DNA of 64,000 nucleotides from Bacteroidales bacterium. Lineage in GTDB: Bacteria; Bacteroidota; Bacteroidia; Bacteroidales; WCHB1-69. The notes beneath the pieces were generated by a model. It was not told the DNA's origin and did no database searches. It saw only the letters and a program-made list of their open reading frames with translations. The position numbers and the translations under genes are program-made. How positions within the stretch are numbered: the stretch's first letter is position 1; the number at the start of each line of letters is the position of its first letter. The DNA is taken from the NCBI GenBank assembly GCA_017549765.1, contig JAFYNM010000012.1, positions 1,055-65,054 of the forward strand, read 5' to 3'. Positions 55,717 through 64,000 of this stretch are shown here, piece by piece.

Positions 55717-57170
55717 TAGCGCACCTCCTCGCAGACCTCCCGCATGATATTCTTAATCTCTTCTGCCGGGAAGGTGGGGATGATGCCCTCCTTCTGCATA
55801 TCGTCCACGATGCGTCTTGTCTCGGCGATATCGTGGGTGGCGATGTCATAGACCTCCTGCCAGGTGCGTTGTTTGCGAGCCACGCCTTGGCTGATCGCCT
55901 TCATGGCCACGTCGGCGGCCACCGTGGGGAACATATCGGTATCCATCATGGTAGGCATAATATGCTCTGTATTAATTCCCTGGCGTTCCGCGTAATCGGC
56001 GATGGAGTGTGCGGCGCAGATGGCCATCTCATCGGTGATCTTGCGGGCGGAGACCAGCAGGGTGCCCTTCAGGATAGCGGGGAAGCACATCGAGTTGTTG
56101 ACCTGGTTGGGGAAGTCGCCGCGGCCGGTGGCCACGATATAGGCGCCTGCCTCCTTGGCCTCGTACGGATAGATCTCAGGCACGGGGTTGGAGCAGCAGA
56201 AGACGATGGACTTCTCCGCCATGAGGGAGATCCACTCCTTCTTGATAGTGTCGGGACCCGGCTTGGAGAGGGCCACGAGCACGTCGGCGCTGCGGAAAGC
56301 CTCCTCTTCGGTGGCGAGACGCTGCGGGTTGGTGGTCTGGCAGAGCTCCCACTTGCGGTAGTAGCGGGTATCCTGACGGCAGTCTTCCCTACCCTCGTGC
56401 AGCGTTCCCTTGCTGTCAAAGATGATGATATTGGCGGGGTTGGCGCCGTCGGTGATGAGCAGGCGCGCGATGCTGGTGTTGGCCGCGCCGGCGCCATAGA
56501 GCACGATCTTGACGTCGCCGATCTTCTTGCCCGTCAGCTTTAGGGCGTTGAGGATGCCGGCGAGGGTCACACAGGCGGTGCCTTGCGCGTCATCGTGCCA
56601 CACGGGAATGTCGCACGACTCCCGCAGCTCGTCCAGCACCTTGTAGCAGTTGGGCTGGGAGATATCCTCCAGGTTGATGGCGCCGAAGCTGTGCTGCACC
56701 ATCTTGACGCATTCGATGATCTTCTCGGGCTGGTGCTTGCCTGTCTCGTCGCGGCTGTCGATACAGAGGGGCACGGCATCCACGCCGCCGAGGTATTTCA
56801 TCAGCATGGCCTTGCCCTCCATGACGCCCAGGCCACCCGGCGGGGTGCAGTCGCCATCGCCCAGCACCCGCGTGCTGTCGCTGACCACCGCCACCATCTG
56901 AGCACGGTTGCTCAGCAGGAAAGAGGTGTCGTTGTCGTCACGAATGGTGGTGGAGACAGCCGAGACGCCCGGCGTGTACCAGACGTTGAACCAGTTGAAA
57001 CCATATACCGGCGCTTTCGGCAAGGTCTGCATCTTGCCGCCATAGAAACGGTGTGCCGCAAGCGACAATCTCTTATAAAACAAAGTCTTGGCTTTAGCCT
57101 TCTGGGCTTCGGTAAAATCTTTTGGAAACAAAGCATCCAAATCATCCATGGAAAGAATCGGGTCTGTCAT
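55716..57170 (-). CDS. NAD(P)-dependent malic enzyme
   Basis: WYTPGVS, VAVVSDSTRVLGDGD..GGLGVMEGKAMLMK, FGAINLEDI, IPVWHDDAQGTA, LYGAGAAN. Start placed at ATG 57170 because the TTG at 57191 lies inside the -7 box. Confidence 0.85.
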   Translation of the reverse strand: MTDPILSMDDLDALFPKDFTEAQKAKAKTLFYKRLSLAAHRFYGGKMQTLPKAPVYGFNWFNVWYTPGVSAVSTTIRDDNDTSFLLSNRAQMVAVVSDSTRVLGDGDCTPPGGLGVMEGKAMLMKYLGGVDAVPLCIDSRDETGKHQPEKIIECVKMVQHSFGAINLEDISQPNCYKVLDELRESCDIPVWHDDAQGTACVTLAGILNALKLTGKKIGDVKIVLYGAGAANTSIARLLITDGANPANIIIFDSKGTLHEGREDCRQDTRYYRKWELCQTTNPQRLATEEEAFRSADVLVALSKPGPDTIKKEWISLMAEKSIVFCCSNPVPEIYPYEAKEAGAYIVATGRGDFPNQVNNSMCFPAILKGTLLVSARKITDEMAICAAHSIADYAERQGINTEHIMPTMMDTDMFPTVAADVAMKAISQGVARKQRTWQEVYDIATHDIAETRRIVDDMQKEGIIPTFPAEEIKNIMREVCEEVR

Positions 57171-57188
57171 ATCGGTAAAATTTGGCCG

Positions 57189-57196
57189 CAAAGATA
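57189..57196 (-). promoter_or_regulatory. -7 promoter box (TATCTTTG) for the malic enzyme operon
   Basis: TAnnTTTG on the minus strand, 19 nt upstream of the ATG at 57170. Confidence 0.5.
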
Positions 57197-57263
57197 CGAT
57201 TTTTTACAGAACGAATGTTGGGATGCAGAAGATTAACTTACATCGAACAAACGTTAAAATATG

Positions 57264-57271
57264 TATTTTTG
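57264..57271 (+). promoter_or_regulatory. -7 promoter box (TATTTTTG) for the M14 peptidase gene
   Basis: TAnnTTTG on the + strand, 75 nt upstream of the ATG at 57346. Confidence 0.5.
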
Positions 57272-57345
57272 CTTCGGATTTTTGGGCATTATCTGAAATA
57301 TCTAAAATCCAGCATTGAGTTTATCCATCATAATCCGATATAGTT

Positions 57346-60300
57346 ATGAGAATTAAGGATTTCATAGTTTGTGTTTTGACCGTGTTGGCCGTGCCGTTGT
57401 CGGGCCAGGTGGTCTCGCATCCTATTGCTGAGGATTGGGAGTCCGGGGATTTTTCCTCCCTTTCATGGGAGCGTCCCGGCACGCAGTATCGTTGGGAAAT
57501 CACCAGCGAAGGGGCTCACAGTGGACGGTATTGCGCCCGCAGCGGCAACTACTACACGCTGAACACGCAATCGGTGTTGCAGCTGGGGGTCTATCTGACG
57601 GAGAGCGGGAATCTCTCCTATTACCGCAAGGTTTTCTCGGCGGAAGGCAGTGGCGGATTCCTCTTCTGGCTGGACGGGGAGCTGCGCGACTCGCTGGCGG
57701 GATTTGTGGATTGGAGTGAGTTCCAATGCCCCATCAGTTCGGGCTACCATGTGCTGAAGTTCTGCTATATCAAGAACCAGACAAAAAGCAAGGGATCGGA
57801 TTGTGTGTGGATTGACGACATACAGCTGCCCGAAGGCATCATCACGCAATGGCAGGCGGACTCCTGCGAGACCCCTGATGCGCCGCAAGCTGTGGTCAGC
57901 GACAGCCAGGTGGTATTGTCGTGGAGCAATGCCTACCATGCGGAAGAGAACCTGCTTTTCGACGATGTGGAAGGGCACGCCTACGGGGTCATCAACTCAC
58001 CCGGCACGTTGGGATGGCACTATATCGACGGAGACGGGGCACCCACCGCCCCCTTCGGCGTTTTAAGTTTCCCCAACGTGGGCTCGCCGATGGCCTTTGT
58101 GGTGCTGGACGACTATCTCCTAGTCGGAAACATGTATAACGTCACGGCACATTCGGGGCACCGATTTTTCGGGAGCCCTTTCCATTCGGACATCTCCAAC
58201 GACGACTGGATTGTGAGCCCGGAGCTGGACTTCACCGAGCCGTTCACCTTCTCGTTCTTCGCGCGTAGCTTCGCCGACCGCTTTGCAGACAAGAAATTCG
58301 TGGCGGCCTACTCCATCACCGACACCAATGCGGGAAGTTTCATCCCCCTGCACTGCGACACCATCACGACCATCGCCGAGTGGAACGAATATTCCTTCAT
58401 GGTGCCCGCAGCTGCTAAATACGTAGCGATACACTGCGTATCACACGACCAGTATATGTTCTGCTTGGACGACCTCGCCATTCATGGCCAAAGGACGGGT
58501 GGACACCCTTGTAATATTTATCGTGATGGCGTGCTGATTGCCTCGGAGGTGACTGACTCCGTGTATGTTGACAGCCTCGCCACCGCCGGAGCACATTGTT
58601 ATTCGATAAGCTACATCTGCGGTGATATGGAGTCGGCACCTTCCGACACCGTATGCATCATTCTTGATGCCGGGCCGGCGGCGGTCATACAAAAAGAAAA
58701 GGACACCTTGCCATACGAGTTGACATCCGCATGCAAAGACATCAGCGACAGCCACATGGCCGGCACGTTGGAGGAGATGCTGCGGTGGAGCAAATATCCG
58801 ACTTACGGGGTTTACACCCAACTTTTGCAACATTTCCAGGACTCCTTCCCGAATCTTTGCCAGATAGACACCATTTTGGAGGACACGCCCCATCCCGATC
58901 TGCACCACTCTATTTTCGCCATCCATATCAGCAACACGCTGGGACAGGCCACCACGAAACCGGCCTTCCTCTATTCATCAACCATGCACGGGCGGGAAGT
59001 GGCGTGTTACTACATGATGTTGCGGCTGGCCGACTACATCCTGAGCCATGCGGCCACCGACACCGCCGTTCAGAGGCTGCTGGACAGTGTGGACCTATAC
59101 ATCTGTCCGCTGGAGAACCCAGACGGGACCTATCATCAAAGCAACGACCTGATCTGGGATGATGGCATCCATTCCATCTACCACAACTACAACGATGTGC
59201 AGCTGAATCGCAACTACCCCTATCTGCCTGGATTGGAGGGCGCAGCCAATATCCAACCCGAGACGCAGGCCATCATCAATTGGGTCACGCCCATCCATTT
59301 CGTGATGTCGGTCAACTTCCATTGCGGCGCCGAGATTGTGAACTACCCGTGGGATGCCTGGACTACGCAACAGCGCGCCCATGCCGATGCCGACTGGTTC
59401 CGCTACACCGGCCAGAACTATGCCTCGCTGTGCCATGCACAGGACACCGCCTATCTCTATGGCGATTACCGCGGACGTTCGGTCATCGAAGGTGCCGACT
59501 GGAGCCCGCTTGTTGGCGGCCGGCAGGATTATATGACCTACTACCAGCGTTGCCGCGAGGTGACCATCGAAATGAGTCACTTGCCGCTGATCACGGACAC
59601 GGTGTTGTTGCCCACCTACTGGGACAAGAACAAGGATGCGCTGCTGAGCTACGCGATGGAGTGCAGCTATGGATTCTGGGGCACCGTCACGGATGCCGCG
59701 ACCCACGAACCTGTCGAGGCAATGGTGAAAGTGCTGAATCACGACCGGTTCCACTCCGAGGTTTTCTCACATCTGCCGTTGGGCGTATATCATCGTCCGA
59801 TCATGGCCGGCACCTATACGGTAGAGGTGTCTGCCCCCTGCTATCAGACGGCGACGTTCACCGTCACCACCCGTCCGGGGATGGCTGTCCGGCACGACGT
59901 GGAGCTCCAGCCGCAGGTCGAGGCACCCGTAGCCTTCGACCAGTACATCTTGCCGGGGATGCAGACCACGGTGGTCGCGATGGCAGAAAACGAGGTGCAT
60001 TGGTACGATTCCGACACCGCTTCGCAAGCCATTGCCGTGGGAAATTATTACACCACGCCGGTGCTTTTTGACACGACAACCTATTATCTCGAAGAACAGT
60101 ATCAGAACGACACGCTCCTGTGCATCAGTCCGCGCAGCGCTGTCACCGTATATGTCCTTGACAACGTCTCTGTTTCTGAGCATAATGAAAAATCGGAACT
60201 GAGAGTATTCCCGAATCCCACGGGAGATTTTCTGACGATAGCTGTCGGTGGCGAATCCCTGCGTACCGTGTCGATCTATGACGCGGAGGGGAAACAAGTG

Positions 60301-60432
60301 TTGACAAAAAGGATTACTGCCTCGGGCGTGCTGGATGTCACCTCCTTGAAGCCCGGAAACTACCTGTTAGGAGTAGAATATGCGGAGGGACGATGGCGCT
60401 GGGTAAAGTTCGTGAAGATGGGGGAAAAGTAG
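57346..60432 (+). CDS. T9SS-secreted M14 metallocarboxypeptidase (multi-domain, CPG70-like architecture)
   Basis: Signal peptide. N-terminal beta-sandwich domains. M14 motifs STMHGREV (HxxE), LNRNYP, VNFHCGAEIVNYPWD, VTIEMS. A carboxypeptidase-regulatory-like domain (GTVTDAATHEPV..GTYTVEVSA). T9SS CTD (LRVFPNPTGDFLTI..LKPGNYLL). Confidence 0.85.
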   Translation: MRIKDFIVCVLTVLAVPLSGQVVSHPIAEDWESGDFSSLSWERPGTQYRWEITSEGAHSGRYCARSGNYYTLNTQSVLQLGVYLTESGNLSYYRKVFSAEGSGGFLFWLDGELRDSLAGFVDWSEFQCPISSGYHVLKFCYIKNQTKSKGSDCVWIDDIQLPEGIITQWQADSCETPDAPQAVVSDSQVVLSWSNAYHAEENLLFDDVEGHAYGVINSPGTLGWHYIDGDGAPTAPFGVLSFPNVGSPMAFVVLDDYLLVGNMYNVTAHSGHRFFGSPFHSDISNDDWIVSPELDFTEPFTFSFFARSFADRFADKKFVAAYSITDTNAGSFIPLHCDTITTIAEWNEYSFMVPAAAKYVAIHCVSHDQYMFCLDDLAIHGQRTGGHPCNIYRDGVLIASEVTDSVYVDSLATAGAHCYSISYICGDMESAPSDTVCIILDAGPAAVIQKEKDTLPYELTSACKDISDSHMAGTLEEMLRWSKYPTYGVYTQLLQHFQDSFPNLCQIDTILEDTPHPDLHHSIFAIHISNTLGQATTKPAFLYSSTMHGREVACYYMMLRLADYILSHAATDTAVQRLLDSVDLYICPLENPDGTYHQSNDLIWDDGIHSIYHNYNDVQLNRNYPYLPGLEGAANIQPETQAIINWVTPIHFVMSVNFHCGAEIVNYPWDAWTTQQRAHADADWFRYTGQNYASLCHAQDTAYLYGDYRGRSVIEGADWSPLVGGRQDYMTYYQRCREVTIEMSHLPLITDTVLLPTYWDKNKDALLSYAMECSYGFWGTVTDAATHEPVEAMVKVLNHDRFHSEVFSHLPLGVYHRPIMAGTYTVEVSAPCYQTATFTVTTRPGMAVRHDVELQPQVEAPVAFDQYILPGMQTTVVAMAENEVHWYDSDTASQAIAVGNYYTTPVLFDTTTYYLEEQYQNDTLLCISPRSAVTVYVLDNVSVSEHNEKSELRVFPNPTGDFLTIAVGGESLRTVSIYDAEGKQVLTKRITASGVLDVTSLKPGNYLLGVEYAEGRWRWVKFVKMGEK

Positions 60433-60550
60433 AGGATAAGATTTGGGGGTTGCAGACTTACTATGATCCAAATTGATATTTTTGAAAAAAAAGTTTTGAC
60501 GAGTCAGATAAATGTGTATGTTTGCTACTTTTAAACAAACAATCAAAACA

Positions 60551-61783
60551 ATGAAAAAGCGTTTCACCTTATTTTTGACTATAATCACCCTTATGACCAC
60601 TTCCCTGCGGGCGCAGAGCGACATGGACATGAACGCGCTATTGTCCCAGATCAATGCGGACAGTTTGTTGCAGACCGTGATGGACTTGCAGAATTTCGGC
60701 AGTCGTTTCGCCCTGCGGGAAGGAGGCAACATTGAAGTGGCCGAATACTTGGTAGAGCGTCTGCACCGTTACAATGTCTCGGCGGTCATCGACAGCTTTC
60801 ACCAGGACGGGTACAATTGGTTAGGAGGCTATTATGACCAGTGGTTTTACAATGTCAAAGGTATCCTGCCGTCTGCGAATCCCGTTGACGACTCCATCGT
60901 GATTGTGGGTGCGCACCTGGACGCCATCTCCTATGATCACTCCACCTTCTCGTTACAAACCCTGGCGCCGGGCGCCGACGACAACGCCTCCGGTGTGGCC
61001 GTCATGATTGAGCTGGCGCGCATCTGCCATGCCAACCAGCTGCAGTTCAACAGAGACATCCACTTCATGGCCTACGACGGGGAAGAGCTGGGCCTTTTCG
61101 GCAGCTACTACGACGCCGAAGCGCGACTCAATGCTGACGACAAAGTGAAACTCATGATCAACAACGACATGGTGAGCTTCCAACCTGACAACGACTGGCG
61201 GCTTACGCTGCATTGGTACTCCAATGCGATGGACCCTCTACATCGGGCCGCAGAGCTCTGTGCACAGTACACCGACATCGAACCTTACATCCCAGATGTA
61301 GCCGACAACACCGACGCTGCCTACAGCGACAGCTACGCCTACTATCGCAATGGTTTCCCTGCCGTCTTCGCCATAGAATACACCTTCTCCACCTCCTACC
61401 ATACGGATCATGATGTCGCCGACTCCAACAACTACGCCTATCATGCCGACGTGGCGCGCTACAACATGGCCCTGCTGGCGGACTATGCGCTGTTATCAAA
61501 TGGTACGGGCGTGGAGGAGCACGTGACCGCAACATCCATGTGCCTGTCCCCCAACCCTGCGAATGACAGAGCTGTGCTGCTGTACCAGAACGAGGAAGGC
61601 GCCATCGCAAGCATTTCGGTGTATGACATGGCCGGACGTCTTGTGCTACGGCAGGACGAACAGGGAGACATATCTGGAACACACCGTACCGAGCTAAACC
61701 TAAGTCATTTGCCATCAGGGTTCTATATCTGCCGCCTTCAGACGCCCTCCCGCGTGGAAACGGTGAAGTTTGTGCGCGAGTGA
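60551..61783 (+). CDS. T9SS-secreted M28 family aminopeptidase
   Basis: Signal peptide. M28 metal ligands (GAHLDA, GADDNASGVAVMIELAR, AYDGEELGLFGS, HTDHD). T9SS CTD (LSPNPANDRAVLL..YDMAGRLV..LPSGFYICRL). Confidence 0.85.
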   Translation: MKKRFTLFLTIITLMTTSLRAQSDMDMNALLSQINADSLLQTVMDLQNFGSRFALREGGNIEVAEYLVERLHRYNVSAVIDSFHQDGYNWLGGYYDQWFYNVKGILPSANPVDDSIVIVGAHLDAISYDHSTFSLQTLAPGADDNASGVAVMIELARICHANQLQFNRDIHFMAYDGEELGLFGSYYDAEARLNADDKVKLMINNDMVSFQPDNDWRLTLHWYSNAMDPLHRAAELCAQYTDIEPYIPDVADNTDAAYSDSYAYYRNGFPAVFAIEYTFSTSYHTDHDVADSNNYAYHADVARYNMALLADYALLSNGTGVEEHVTATSMCLSPNPANDRAVLLYQNEEGAIASISVYDMAGRLVLRQDEQGDISGTHRTELNLSHLPSGFYICRLQTPSRVETVKFVRE

Positions 61784-61890
61784 TCTTACGCGCAGAACTC
61801 GCAGACAACAGCAAAAACAGAAATCGCCACAATCTCTTTCTCAAGGATAATCTATTTTTGCGTACTTTTGCCGCTTCAGAGTAAAAAACA

Positions 61891-63303
61891 ATGGTTTTTA
61901 GCAGTACACTCTTCCTATTCCTTTTCCTGGCGGTGTTTCTGGTGATATACCACCTGACACCGGCGAGGTGGAAGAACCTTGTCCTGCTCCTCGCCAGCCT
62001 GGCCTTTTACGCTTGGGGCGCGCCGAAATTCATCTTCATCCTGTTGGGTTCCTTAATCCTCAATTTTTACATTGTCAGGAATATGAGTCAGCAGACCCAG
62101 CATCGGAAAGTGGGGCTCGTTCTCTCCCTGCTTTTGAATCTCGGTCTCCTCGCCTACTTCAAATACGCCAACTTCTTCGTGGACAATCTGAACCACCTGT
62201 TGGCAGCCGTCAACCTCAAACCGGTGGCCTGGATGGAGGTGGCGCTGCCCATCGGCATCTCCTTCTTCACCTTCCAGTCACTGACCTACACCATTGATGT
62301 GTACAGAAGAGTACACGCGCCGCTGCGCCATCTCCACGACTATCTGCTGTACATCCTGATGTTCCCGCAACTGATTGCTGGTCCTATCGTGCGATTCAAC
62401 ACCATTGCGGACGACATTGAGGACCGGCGGCACAACGACACCATCGACAACAAGCTGTACGGAGTGTATCGGTTTGCCCTCGGACTGGCCAAGAAAGTAC
62501 TTATTGCCAATATTTTAGGAGCGCAAGTGGATCAATTCTATGCACTCCCGCACGAGCAGGTCACCGGCACCATTGCCCGTGTGGCCGCCCTCGCCTACTC
62601 TTTCCAGATCTATTTCGACTTCAGTGGCTACTCCGACATGGCCATAGGCCTGGGATATCTGCTGGGATTCAAGTTCCCCGAAAACTTCAACAACCCATAC
62701 ACTTCGCAGAGTGTCAGCGAGTTCTGGCGGCGGTGGCACATCACCCTCGGCGCCTGGCTCAAAGACTATCTCTACATTCCGCTCGGCGGCAATCGCGTAC
62801 GTCCGGCACGCATGTATCTGAACCTGGCCATCGTGTTCGTCATCTGCGGCATCTGGCACGGTGCCGGCTGGAACTTCCTCATCTGGGGCCTCTGGCATGG
62901 CCTGTTCATCGTCAGCGACAAGCTTTTCCTGAACCGATGGCTCTCCAAAGTGCCGATAATCCTGCGCGTGCTGCTCACCTTCACCGTCGTCACCATTGGC
63001 TGGATATTCTTCCGCAACGACCTTTTCGGCGATGCCCTTTTCTACATCGGTAAGATCTTCGACTTCCATCATAGTGCCATCCATCTAGCACCAGAATTCA
63101 TCACCGTGCTTGTATTAGCTGTATGCTGCTCTTTTGCGACCCTCTGCAGTGCCGGCCGGAAAGTGGAGGCGCTATGTTATGCCCCCGAACGCCCCGAATG
63201 GCAACACTACCTCTCCATGGCCAGTGCGCTAGCCCTGCTCTTCTTCTCCGCCATATATCTGTCAGCTTCCGGTTTCAACCCTTTCATCTACTTTAAATTC
63301 TGA
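61891..63303 (+). CDS. MBOAT family O-acyltransferase (AlgI/DltB/PatA-like)
   Basis: PIGISFFTFQSLTYTIDVY, FWRRWHITLGAWLKDYLYIPLGGNR (catalytic His region). Confidence 0.9.
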   Translation: MVFSSTLFLFLFLAVFLVIYHLTPARWKNLVLLLASLAFYAWGAPKFIFILLGSLILNFYIVRNMSQQTQHRKVGLVLSLLLNLGLLAYFKYANFFVDNLNHLLAAVNLKPVAWMEVALPIGISFFTFQSLTYTIDVYRRVHAPLRHLHDYLLYILMFPQLIAGPIVRFNTIADDIEDRRHNDTIDNKLYGVYRFALGLAKKVLIANILGAQVDQFYALPHEQVTGTIARVAALAYSFQIYFDFSGYSDMAIGLGYLLGFKFPENFNNPYTSQSVSEFWRRWHITLGAWLKDYLYIPLGGNRVRPARMYLNLAIVFVICGIWHGAGWNFLIWGLWHGLFIVSDKLFLNRWLSKVPIILRVLLTFTVVTIGWIFFRNDLFGDALFYIGKIFDFHHSAIHLAPEFITVLVLAVCCSFATLCSAGRKVEALCYAPERPEWQHYLSMASALALLFFSAIYLSASGFNPFIYFKF

Positions 63304-63307
63304 TGCC

Positions 63308-64000
63308 ATGAAAGTAAGAAAAGCCATACTATACACCCTTTTCCTCGTGGCACTGCTACTACCCATCCTGCAGATGCACATCCACTTTTTTGATGAGCCA
63401 ACGCTAGGAGGCACTTTCGTACCCCATGAAAAACCTGCACTGACCGCCAAAGACTGGTTTAATGGTTCCTTCCAACCTGCTTACGAGCAATATATCAACG
63501 ACACCCTGGGATTCCATCCCAACATGGTAAGATGTCGCAATGCCTTTTTATTCAAAGTTTTTCGCCAGACAAGCGCACAAAATGTCGTCATTGGCCAAAA
63601 CGATTACCTCTATGAGCAGGGCTATATTGACGCGCACTATGGTACGGATTATATTGGCGTAGATTCCATTCTGCGACAAGTGCAGAAGATTCGGGCCTTG
63701 CAAGACTCTCTGGCTGCAAGAGATAAAATCTTAGTGGTATTTCTTGCTCCCAGCAAGGCAGACTTTTACCCCGAATACATACCCCGCTGGCAACAGAAAG
63801 CCGAGACCGACAGCACCAATCACCAGCAGTACCGGAAAATGTTAAAACAACATGGTGTCAACGTCATCGATTACAACACCTACTATCAATCGCAAAAAGC
63901 CATTTCCTCATACCCGCTCTATCCCAAGTATGGCATCCACTGGAGCGATTATGGAATCATCCACGCCATGGACAGCCTCGTGAACTATATCCGTCAAAAA
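63308..64000 (+). CDS. AlgX/AlgJ (DHHW/SGNH-like) partner of the MBOAT acyltransferase, 5' partial (runs off the window)
   Basis: ATG 4 nt after the MBOAT stop. I translated 231 codons with no stop up to nt 64000. N-terminal TM anchor; GIHWSDYG resembles the D-x-H-W motif of AlgJ/AlgX/DHHW proteins. Absent from the ORF track, presumably because it lacks a stop in the window. Confidence 0.65.
   Translation, partial: MKVRKAILYTLFLVALLLPILQMHIHFFDEPTLGGTFVPHEKPALTAKDWFNGSFQPAYEQYINDTLGFHPNMVRCRNAFLFKVFRQTSAQNVVIGQNDYLYEQGYIDAHYGTDYIGVDSILRQVQKIRALQDSLAARDKILVVFLAPSKADFYPEYIPRWQQKAETDSTNHQQYRKMLKQHGVNVIDYNTYYQSQKAISSYPLYPKYGIHWSDYGIIHAMDSLVNYIRQK

Noticed and set aside
1-64000. Search for defence systems, toxin-antitoxin pairs, retrons/DGRs, prophage or integrative-element genes, and tRNA, rRNA or tmRNA genes.
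   Set aside because: I saw no reverse transcriptase, integrase, transposase, nuclease-helicase pair, phage structural gene or tRNA-like cloverleaf in any frame or intergenic region. The window is dominated by conserved housekeeping genes.

Overview
This 64-kb chromosomal window comes from a Bacteroidota genome, probably Bacteroidales and Prevotellaceae-like. That assignment is an inference from three things: TAnnTTTG -7 promoter boxes in front of most genes, three proteins with T9SS C-terminal sorting domains, and BatD, GldH-like, DUF5683 and DUF3276 genes. I call about 62 protein-coding genes. Most are housekeeping: dtd, recJ, dnaA, pcm, glyA, nadA, pyrF-pyrK-pyrD-cdd, galE, dapB, lepB, parA-parB and yidC. 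The rest are transporters (ZIP, CDF, CPA2, MarC), secreted peptidases and lipoproteins. I found no rRNA, tRNA, CRISPR array, transposase, integrase or recognisable defence or toxin genes, so this reads as an ordinary core region and not an accessory island. The strongest non-coding call is a cobalamin riboswitch (5521-5675, + strand). It sits in front of an unusual three-gene operon: an acetyl-CoA hydrolase/transferase-family CoA-transferase, a 3-TM PQ-loop-like protein and a MarC protein. Other features worth a second look:
- a compact three-way-junction element in the leader of the ZIP zinc-transporter/HEAT operon;
- period-7 (heptamer) tandem arrays that start at or a few nt past gene stop codons at two loci and share 11-13-nt strings;
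- a promoter-bearing intergenic repeat family (TCACAGA...GCCTGCGGC);
- a truncated glutathione-peroxidase 5' fragment at the left edge;
- an orphan CoA-transferase A subunit coupled to a secreted protein;
- an orphan Kdd-like dehydrogenase;
- tandem T9SS-targeted M14 and M28 peptidases.
All family assignments rest on motif recognition by eye. No database or covariance-model search was run.
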